Source: a virus (taxonomy: Duplodnaviria > Heunggongvirae > Uroviricota > Caudoviricetes). Taken from it: a stretch of 39,085 nt of DNA. Of this stretch, positions 17,754 through 25,214 are shown in pieces. The notes beneath the pieces were generated by a model, which saw nothing but the letters and a program-made list of their open reading frames with translations, made no database searches and was not told where the DNA came from. Position 1 is the stretch's first letter, and the number at the start of each line of letters is the position of its first letter. The stretch spans positions 1 to 39,085 of IMG/VR virus record IMGVR_UViG_3300032116_000060; one strand, 5' to 3'. Position numbers and translations under genes: made by a program.

Positions 17754-18994
17754 TAAATTAATTCTTTTTTTAATACTTTTTTATTTTTTCTAAAAATAGT
17801 TTGATAATTGTGTGTAAAGAATGTCAACATATTTTGTGGAGTTTCTACTAAATCAAAGGATTTCAATAAATCTCTATCGTTTTTGATAATAATGTTGTTA
17901 TCTTTATCTAGTATTTGTTTCAATTTTTTTGGAATTGGTTTATTATATGCATCAATCCAAAATTTGTTATCCAATCTTTCCGCTAAATAGTGGTATCTAA
18001 CAAACATCATATTTTGCTCATTAATTTCTTCACACCATTTATTGAACCCATCTTTATAATTTTCATCAAAGTTTTTATCAACCAATCTTTTAAGTTGCAT
18101 AATAGTCGACATCAACGATGTTGCTTCTAATGGTTCTATAAACCCATATGATAATCCTATTGATATAGAGTTACCAATCCAACTTCTTTTATATCTACCT
18201 GGATTATAACTAAACACTTTTTGAATTTCTATTTCATGCCCTAAATAGTCTTCAACTTCTTTTTTCGCATCTTCTACTGTTATATAATCTTTATTAAAAG
18301 AATAGCCACATCCCCATCTGTGTTGTAGTTCAATTTGCCACATCCACCCACAACTCATAGCAACCATATTTGTATATGTCTTATCTTTAATTGTAAGTTT
18401 TTTATTTTGAGGTAGGAAAAATGCAATGCTACTATTAATCATTAAATATTTTGAATAATCAACCCATTCCTCATTAAATAGATTTCCAACTAATCTATTA
18501 AATCCACTACAGTCAAAAACAAAATCAGAACTAATTATTCTATCATCTACTAATTTGAAACTTTTAATAAACTCACCTGTATTATTAATTGTTTCTATTT
18601 CCCCATCAATCCAATTAACACCCCTATCTATTGCTATTTGTTTAAAGTAATCTGCAACTTTTCTTGCATCAAAATGATAACCAAATGATTTTGTAAAAAC
18701 AGTTGGCTCTTCACCTGTAAATAAATGTTTTGCTGTGCTACCATCTCCAAGCCAATTTATTAAGTTTAGCCCACGCTTATTTGTAGCACCTGTTTTTTCA
18801 TAAAAATCTTTTTGATTTATACCTAATAATGATAAAATTCTACCGAAGTTTGGTGTGCTTCCTTCGCCCGCTCCTAGTATTCCTATTTTGGAACTTTCTA
18901 CCAATGTTACATTTGTATTTTCCCAAAATTTATTTACTATTAGAGCAGTAAGCCATCCAGCAGTCCCACCTCCGATTATGATTATTTTTTTCAT
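17753..18994 (-). CDS. Flavin-dependent (tryptophan-halogenase family) halogenase; C-terminus KKELI
   Basis: IIGGGTAGW, GAGEGS, GATNKRG (catalytic Lys position), DCSGF, GWMWQIEL (WxWxI) and FIEPLEATS. Confidence 0.9.
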   Translation of the reverse strand: MKKIIIIGGGTAGWLTALIVNKFWENTNVTLVESSKIGILGAGEGSTPNFGRILSLLGINQKDFYEKTGATNKRGLNLINWLGDGSTAKHLFTGEEPTVFTKSFGYHFDARKVADYFKQIAIDRGVNWIDGEIETINNTGEFIKSFKLVDDRIISSDFVFDCSGFNRLVGNLFNEEWVDYSKYLMINSSIAFFLPQNKKLTIKDKTYTNMVAMSCGWMWQIELQHRWGCGYSFNKDYITVEDAKKEVEDYLGHEIEIQKVFSYNPGRYKRSWIGNSISIGLSYGFIEPLEATSLMSTIMQLKRLVDKNFDENYKDGFNKWCEEINEQNMMFVRYHYLAERLDNKFWIDAYNKPIPKKLKQILDKDNNIIIKNDRDLLKSFDLVETPQNMLTFFTHNYQTIFRKNKKVLKKELI

Positions 18995-19551
18995 TATAAT
19001 AATGTTTTCTTATAATTTTTTTGTGTTTCTAATTCCAACCAATTAACAATTGAATACCTAACTCCATTTTTAATTTCTTTAATTCTATGTTTAGTTAAAG
19101 ATGAAAATGCAAATAAATTACCTATTCCTTTTTTTAACGAATATACCTTACCATCAATTTCTAACTCTAATTCACCTCCTTCATATTCATCGTTAAGTTG
19201 AATTACAATTGTTAAAATTCGTTGATTATATACATCATCTGAAGAATCGGTGTGCCAATTAAAATAATCTCCATTTTGGTATTTAGTAAATTGATAGTTT
19301 GAAATTTTGAAATTGTATCCTTTTATACCAAAGTATTCTTTTAGCTTTTTAATAATTCTATCATTAAGTTCTTCCAAATCGATTCCCGCAACTTTAGATT
19401 TTCTTTTACTAACATCAATAACATTATTCATTAATTTACTATCATACACTTCCGCTATTTTTAAAACCGATTCATTTACACACTTATTAAGTATCTGATT
19501 ACATTCTTCTTTAGAGAATACATTTTCGAAAACTTTAAATTTACCAATCAT
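18994..19551 (-). CDS. 2OG-Fe(II) oxygenase (start revised to MIGKF at 19551); C-terminus KKTLL
   Basis: WHTD, YEGGEL and HRIKEIKNGVRYSIVNW motifs. Confidence 0.9.
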   Translation of the reverse strand: MIGKFKVFENVFSKEECNQILNKCVNESVLKIAEVYDSKLMNNVIDVSKRKSKVAGIDLEELNDRIIKKLKEYFGIKGYNFKISNYQFTKYQNGDYFNWHTDSSDDVYNQRILTIVIQLNDEYEGGELELEIDGKVYSLKKGIGNLFAFSSLTKHRIKEIKNGVRYSIVNWLELETQKNYKKTLL

Positions 19552-20066
19552 ATTAAAGAAAATTTTGATTGTTTTTTTGAAAACCAAACAATTAATACCT
19601 CTCGATTTCCTTTTGTAATCGGCTTTACTTCATGAAAATCATTACCACCAAAGAAACTTACATATTCACCGTTTGTATTTAATTGTATCTTTTTATCATT
19701 TACATACATATCCCCTCCCTCAAATTCATCTGATAAAATTATACTTACCGTTTTATGTGTTGCATATCTATCTTTATGTTTTTTCGCAAAATCACCTACA
19801 CCATAGATGTGTTTATGTATCATATACAAATACTCAATGGGTTCTTCTAATTTCTCACATAAAAAGTTGTTAAGATTTTTGTTTTTTAATGAATATATTA
19901 TAGAATTTTCGGTAATAAGAGCCACATCATCCCCTTTTTCTCCAATATATGTGGAATAAAGTTGAGAATGTGCAGATTTTACGAACTTAATTTCATCATC
20001 ATTCATCAATGGAGTTATTTCCAATTGAGATTTTAAATACAAAAAATCATCTAACAATAATTTCAT
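19548..20066 (-). CDS. 2OG-Fe(II) oxygenase; C-terminus KFSLI
   Basis: KHKD, FEGGD and HEVKPITKGNREVLIVW motifs. Confidence 0.9.
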   Translation of the reverse strand: MKLLLDDFLYLKSQLEITPLMNDDEIKFVKSAHSQLYSTYIGEKGDDVALITENSIIYSLKNKNLNNFLCEKLEEPIEYLYMIHKHIYGVGDFAKKHKDRYATHKTVSIILSDEFEGGDMYVNDKKIQLNTNGEYVSFFGGNDFHEVKPITKGNREVLIVWFSKKQSKFSLI

Positions 20067-20686
20067 ATTATTTTATTTGTTTTAGATTGAAAGGCCACTA
20101 AATCATCTTTTATATCTAAAAAGGTATGCATTTTTTTATAAAATTCATAGCAACCTTTCCAACCAGGATGCCAATCCATAGGATCACCTCCTTCATCTGC
20201 AATCGAAGTAACCTGAATCAACTCAACAAAATCAGAAGTCATCTTATGAAAATCTTCATTCCAGGTCACAAATACCGGAGAAAAATCATTATACAACTCT
20301 TTAAGTTTTTTTAAAAATAGTATTTCATTATTTCTTTCACCATTTAACCAATGTGATGTTTCGGATAATCTAACTTCTAATAATTTTTTTGCAAATTGTT
20401 TATCTTTATACCATTCCCAATTAAAATATTTTATATGATGATGTGTTTCTCTTTCCCCAAAAAATCTTCTTGGAAATCTACCTGGTGCACTAAATACAAT
20501 CACTAATCTATCACCATATTCGTATTTTGGAATTAAACCTGTTTGATAAAGAATAGAATGATTATCCGCGCCAAATTTTCCTAACTTAATAACATTGTAG
20601 TGATTGGATAAATAATTAGTCCAATGAGTTTCAGGCATATCCCAATCTACAAAACTATCACCGCAAATGTAAATGCTAGGTTTCAT
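20063..20686 (-). CDS. SGNH/GDSL-like protein (start revised to MKPSIY at 20686); C-terminus TNKII
   Basis: ICGDSF, GADN and MDWHPG motifs. Confidence 0.65.
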   Translation of the reverse strand: MKPSIYICGDSFVDWDMPETHWTNYLSNHYNVIKLGKFGADNHSILYQTGLIPKYEYGDRLVIVFSAPGRFPRRFFGERETHHHIKYFNWEWYKDKQFAKKLLEVRLSETSHWLNGERNNEILFLKKLKELYNDFSPVFVTWNEDFHKMTSDFVELIQVTSIADEGGDPMDWHPGWKGCYEFYKKMHTFLDIKDDLVAFQSKTNKII

Positions 20687-20687
20687 A

Positions 20688-20903
20688 TTAATTATCCTTT
20701 TTAAGGCCAAACTTTATCCACTTATACCAAACTCTTTCGTGAAGATAATACTGAATAGGTTTATAGATTAATTCTGCTACACCAAATGCTGCACCAACTT
20801 TAATTGAGCCACTTACCCACCACATAATACCAAACCCTATTAGAGTTGAAACTATTCGATATGATATAGTTTTAGCTATGTGCCTCTTTCTCTCTACTAT
20901 CAT
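20688..20903 (-). CDS. DUF2061-like small membrane protein
   Basis: RHIAKTISYRIVST...YYLHERVW pattern. Confidence 0.85.
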   Translation of the reverse strand: MIVERKRHIAKTISYRIVSTLIGFGIMWWVSGSIKVGAAFGVAELIYKPIQYYLHERVWYKWIKFGLKKDN

Positions 20904-21279
20904 CGTTATCTATATTATAAACAATTACATCACCGTTAGAATCGATGTATTTTTTTCTAATCGCAGTTCCGCTTATGGCTTCGATTTCTTTCGGAGGAGT
21001 ATGATATATTACCTCATATCCAACTGCTCTACCATAGTTTACCGATTCGATATCTGGTATCACACTTATGTATATTTTCTTTGAGTTTTCTACAAAAAAA
21101 GGTTCTTTACACAAATCCATTAAAACCTGATGAGCAGACTTAGGATTGTTCTCATCTTTCGGAACATCTCTAATTGCTACCCAAACATCTTTCCCTTTAT
21201 CCAATTGTTGGCGGATTAACCATTCGTGTCCGGCGTGCCAAGTCTGCCACCTTCCAATAAACATTGCATATTTTTTCAT
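20872..21279 (-). CDS. HxGH nucleotidyltransferase (cytidylyltransferase-like)
   Basis: FIGRWQTWHAGH and the late ISGTAIR motif. Confidence 0.8.
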   Translation of the reverse strand: MKKYAMFIGRWQTWHAGHEWLIRQQLDKGKDVWVAIRDVPKDENNPKSAHQVLMDLCKEPFFVENSKKIYISVIPDIESVNYGRAVGYEVIYHTPPKEIEAISGTAIRKKYIDSNGDVIVYNIDNDDSREKEAHS

Positions 21280-21707
21280 ATTAGTGATTTTAATCTTTGA
21301 AATGTTGTAAACTCATCCTCATCTGTCGTATCTACATCTATAAAGTTTTTCAACGGCGGTTCGTAGTTAGAAACGTGAAACGATTCTCTACCCCTTATAT
21401 CGGTAGTATGAACATATAATTCTTTTATATTCTCACCCATTTCGGTTTTAAATGCTTCTCTTTGGTCTCTATAAGGAGAAACTAATGAGACAATTGCCAC
21501 ATTACCTTTGTGGTGAAAAAACTTAGCCATTCGTTGAGCAAGTTCTATGTTCTTTCTCCTTCCTGCTTCGGAGTAATCTTTATTATCAAATATGGCCCTT
21601 ATATCATCTCCATCGATTACCATACCCCTCTCCCTAAAATGAGCTTGAAACCAATTTGCTAATGTAGTTTTCCCCGCACCTGGCTGACCCGTAAACCAAT
21701 ATATCAT
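21276..21707 (-). CDS. cysC: Adenylyl-sulfate kinase; C-terminus LKSLI
   Basis: WFTGQPGAGKTT, DGDDIR, SLVSPYRDQR and YEPP motifs. Confidence 0.92.
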   Translation of the reverse strand: MIYWFTGQPGAGKTTLANWFQAHFRERGMVIDGDDIRAIFDNKDYSEAGRRKNIELAQRMAKFFHHKGNVAIVSLVSPYRDQREAFKTEMGENIKELYVHTTDIRGRESFHVSNYEPPLKNFIDVDTTDEDEFTTFQRLKSLI

Positions 21708-22825
21708 ATAAACATAAATTTTAAAAGCTGTTTATTATTATCTCTTATGAACGCATTCCACTTATCCATATTATTAAAATATTCATCTAAATGATTTTTC
21801 TGCACATTATGATACCAATATAAATCTTTTGATAATATTGAATTTAAATGGGCTATCAAATCATCTTTTTCCATTCCAAAGAAATAAATAGGTGATTCAA
21901 AAGTTAAACCTAATCCTTCCAGTATTGTTTTTAATTTTGGATTACCATAATAAACAAATGGCAATCCTGTTCGAAGTGGTTTATGAAGTTTTTCTGAAAT
22001 ATGAACACCCGGTAATAATAAGTGTGGCTGTGTTTCTGTAATAATTTCAAAAAAGGATTCTAAATAAATTCGATAATTGAAATCGGGTAAGGTAGTAACG
22101 TGATTGATACCCAAAACCTCGTCTCTATTTAAAACATTTTCATTTAATTGTGAAGTAGTTGGAAACGCATCATAATACTTTGGATACTCAATTCCAAAAT
22201 GTGAAACCTCTTTATGAAATTTATCTTTATCTATCTCAATCGAATCAAATTTTATTTCATTAAACGAAATGTTCCCTTCATTATTAAACCCGTTTTTATA
22301 TAAGAATTTAAGTATATCAAATCGTATATCGGAATAATGATTATTTAGAAACATAAATTTCTTTTTTATTGTTCCTAAATCTTTTGTTTTAAGGTATTTC
22401 CAAAATTCAAAAAAATCAGGTCTATCCAAATCACAATGAATCCAAGCAGGATTATTTAGGAATACAATCGAATCTTTTTTTATCTCTTCGATGTTGATAG
22501 TAACAACAATAGAATCCGCATTATTAATCATCCTTTTCAACGAACTTATCACCGTATCAGTTGTAATCGATTCTTGCCTTTCTAACGATAATACAAATTT
22601 ATATTTTATTAAATCATCACCTAATATATCTTTTATCTGTCGGTTAATATCGATTATTATATTATCCGAAAATGTAAAACGGTCTAATGATTTATCTATG
22701 CTAAGAAACCTTACATTTTTATGAAAGTTCGGAGGAATCGCCAAACCCTTTAACTCTACATAATTAATCCCAAAATCAATTAACTCAACTTTAAGATTTT
22801 GATTTATCATCAAACCTTTACGCAT
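21704..22825 (-). CDS. Hypothetical protein of phage modification islands
   Basis: 373-aa ORF with FFEIITET, ISEKLHKPL and PFVYYG segments. Activity unknown. Confidence 0.7.
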   Translation of the reverse strand: MRKGLMINQNLKVELIDFGINYVELKGLAIPPNFHKNVRFLSIDKSLDRFTFSDNIIIDINRQIKDILGDDLIKYKFVLSLERQESITTDTVISSLKRMINNADSIVVTINIEEIKKDSIVFLNNPAWIHCDLDRPDFFEFWKYLKTKDLGTIKKKFMFLNNHYSDIRFDILKFLYKNGFNNEGNISFNEIKFDSIEIDKDKFHKEVSHFGIEYPKYYDAFPTTSQLNENVLNRDEVLGINHVTTLPDFNYRIYLESFFEIITETQPHLLLPGVHISEKLHKPLRTGLPFVYYGNPKLKTILEGLGLTFESPIYFFGMEKDDLIAHLNSILSKDLYWYHNVQKNHLDEYFNNMDKWNAFIRDNNKQLLKFMFI

Positions 22826-23684
22826 TTTTAATTAGGTTTAGGATGTTTTCACCAAAGTATTCATGCCCTTCTAAGCTGTAATGAAGATTTTCTATACCTA
22901 AATCTTTAAGAGTAAATGTATTACTTTCTATTTCTTTTGTTTTTTCAAGTGGTAGAAGGTTGTGGATTATTTTATGGTATTTGAAATCCATAGAGTTTGT
23001 CATTCTATGAAAAATTGAATAGCTTTTAAAATTCATCGCATCCATTAATCCTTTGAAGGCAAGTAATAGATTTACATTTTCATAATGAGCAAGATATTCA
23101 GTATTCATTAAGTTATTATAGAATTGAAAAAATGTATAGAATTTTTCTTCATCTAATGGTATTTGGTATTCATCTATCCAATTTTTAAGAATGGAAAAAT
23201 CTGATAGACCTGGATTAACTATTTGTATTAAACTTCTATATCCTATCTCACCTCTATATGAACTACTCCATTGTGTAATACATAATGGATTCTTATATTT
23301 AAAGAAATCCATTTTATTATATCGTGTAAATCTTTTGTTAATCGGGTCTAAAAAAGTCCAATGTTCTTCACCGGTTTTATATTCAAAGATTTTTTCATCG
23401 TTTTTAGTAGGGCCAACATTAAAAAGATAATACCATCTTCGTAGGATTGATTTATTTGATGAGCCGCTTTTTGAAATGTTTAAAACGGGAACATTAAGAA
23501 GTTCGGCAACCTTCGTTCCCCACGAAAAAGAACGGTCTAAAAATACTTCGGTATCGGAGTATTTTTTTAAATCTAACCAAAAATCATAATTCTTACATTC
23601 ACTTTGTAAGGATTCGAATTGCTTACATAACCCATTACCTTCGGAAAATGAATCTCCATTAATTATAACTAAATCATATTTCAT
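22818..23684 (-). CDS. SGNH/GDSL-like protein
   Basis: INGDSFSEG, NISKSGSSN and NLHYSLEGH motifs. Confidence 0.65.
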   Translation of the reverse strand: MKYDLVIINGDSFSEGNGLCKQFESLQSECKNYDFWLDLKKYSDTEVFLDRSFSWGTKVAELLNVPVLNISKSGSSNKSILRRWYYLFNVGPTKNDEKIFEYKTGEEHWTFLDPINKRFTRYNKMDFFKYKNPLCITQWSSSYRGEIGYRSLIQIVNPGLSDFSILKNWIDEYQIPLDEEKFYTFFQFYNNLMNTEYLAHYENVNLLLAFKGLMDAMNFKSYSIFHRMTNSMDFKYHKIIHNLLPLEKTKEIESNTFTLKDLGIENLHYSLEGHEYFGENILNLIKNA

Positions 23685-23917
23685 TTTACTTTCTTCTTAA
23701 CGTAGATAGTATTACCAAAATCAGGAGATTCGTATATACCACCCATATCGTGCAATACTTCTTTTTCAATTATAGATTCTACTGAATCCACTGTCAAAGT
23801 ATCGTTTTCTTTAAGTTTAATAATGTGATTGATAACTTCTGTTATCGTGCAATTGGTATTAAGGGATAAGGTAACTACCTCATCCCCCATTTCCATTTTT
23901 ATTTTAACTTTTTTCAT
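23681..23917 (-). CDS. Hypothetical protein
   Basis: 78-aa coupled ORF. Confidence 0.65.
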   Translation of the reverse strand: MKKVKIKMEMGDEVVTLSLNTNCTITEVINHIIKLKENDTLTVDSVESIIEKEVLHDMGGIYESPDFGNTIYVKKKVK

Positions 23918-24769
23918 TTACATAGTTTCCTCTAATGTAAAGAATTCTTTTATATTTTCCAAATCTGGCTGAGAAAAACTTTCACCTAAAACGATTTGTT
24001 CTTCTAATTCATATCTTTCTAGTATTCGTTTCACTATTCCACTTCTTACACAATCCTCTTTTGAGAACTCTACTTGATAAATCCCCTCTACTCCACTCAA
24101 TCTTTTCCATATATCATAGAATCCACTTTTCTGATAAGCAGGTATCCCATTTGCTCTAAATTTATCACATTGGGATAGGTCTCCACATATTACCATCTTA
24201 CTATTATCAGCAATACGCGTTACGAGGGTTTTTAATTGGGCAGGAGAAGCGTTCTGTGCCTCGTCCATAAAAATGTATGTATTCGAAAAGTTCATCCCTC
24301 TAAGGAAGTTTAAAACCTTAAATTCCAACTTACCGATTTCAATCAATCTCGTTGTTTCCTTTTCCCCTACTATTTTATGAAGTATTCCTATTGAAGATTC
24401 GTTATGATATGCTATCTTTTCCATCAAATCACCCGGTAAGTGTCCGAGCTTATCTTCGTTACCAACATCGACCGTTGGGTTTATAATAACCATTTTATAA
24501 AAACCGCTATTTCTTTGATAAAGTAACTCTATTCCTTTTTGTATTCCCACAAATGTTTTTCCAGCTCCCGCTAATGCGTGTGCCATAACTATTTGATTTT
24601 TTTGGGATTCTATTGCCTTATAAAATCTCTTTTGATTTCTTGTCTTAAATTCTATTGGTGTAATTAGTTTCGGTATTCCTCCAATTTTGTTTTCTAGTAT
24701 TTCTTCAATTGTGTTGGTAACTTCTGAATCAACAGTTTTTCGTAATGCTTTGGTTCTTACTTTCGGCAT
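23918..24769 (-). CDS. phoH: PhoH-family ATPase
   Basis: AGAGKT, GHLPGD, FLRGMNF, DEAQN, GDLSQCD and DCVRSGIV motifs. Confidence 0.92.
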   Translation of the reverse strand: MPKVRTKALRKTVDSEVTNTIEEILENKIGGIPKLITPIEFKTRNQKRFYKAIESQKNQIVMAHALAGAGKTFVGIQKGIELLYQRNSGFYKMVIINPTVDVGNEDKLGHLPGDLMEKIAYHNESSIGILHKIVGEKETTRLIEIGKLEFKVLNFLRGMNFSNTYIFMDEAQNASPAQLKTLVTRIADNSKMVICGDLSQCDKFRANGIPAYQKSGFYDIWKRLSGVEGIYQVEFSKEDCVRSGIVKRILERYELEEQIVLGESFSQPDLENIKEFFTLEETM

Positions 24770-24786
24770 GAGACAATTTTAATTTA

Positions 24787-25158
24787 TTATTCATCCGTAA
24801 CTTGATTCAACCTAATTAGAATCAGTTTATTTGATTCAGTTGTAGGTTTTCTCTTTCTAAATTTTTTTATTTTAATTTTTTCCAAAGTATTTTTTATTTC
24901 TATGCATTGTTCATAGTTTTCTCTAATCTGAAAATACATTAAACATTCTTCTAATAGTTCTTTGTATTCTTCGATGGGAATTAGGATCATAGTTCGAGTG
25001 AATGTATCAGCCGCAATACACAATTCTTCTTTCCTTTTTGATAATGCTGATTTTACTTCTGAAAATAGTAGAGAATAAAGCTCATCTTTGCTTTCATTCT
25101 TTAAGTTCCCACTCTTTAAGTAATCTTTCCAATTTAGTCTGTAATATATTCTCTTCAT
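24787..25158 (-). CDS. Hypothetical protein with a UvrB/C-like helical motif
   Basis: ENYEQCIEIKNTL segment near the C-terminus. Confidence 0.6.
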   Translation of the reverse strand: MKRIYYRLNWKDYLKSGNLKNESKDELYSLLFSEVKSALSKRKEELCIAADTFTRTMILIPIEEYKELLEECLMYFQIRENYEQCIEIKNTLEKIKIKKFRKRKPTTESNKLILIRLNQVTDE

Positions 25159-25214
25159 TGAATGTGGGTTATTACTACCTATAATTATAAAGTTTTCATA
25201 GATTACTATAAATT

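Noticed and set aside
10408-21707. Explaining the [LI][LI] tag purely as a by-product of TAATG coupling and A-rich initiation regions
   Set aside because: The motif persists across five or more junction geometries and before a 41-nt gap, and equally coupled genes elsewhere lack it. A partial contribution cannot be excluded without homologue data.
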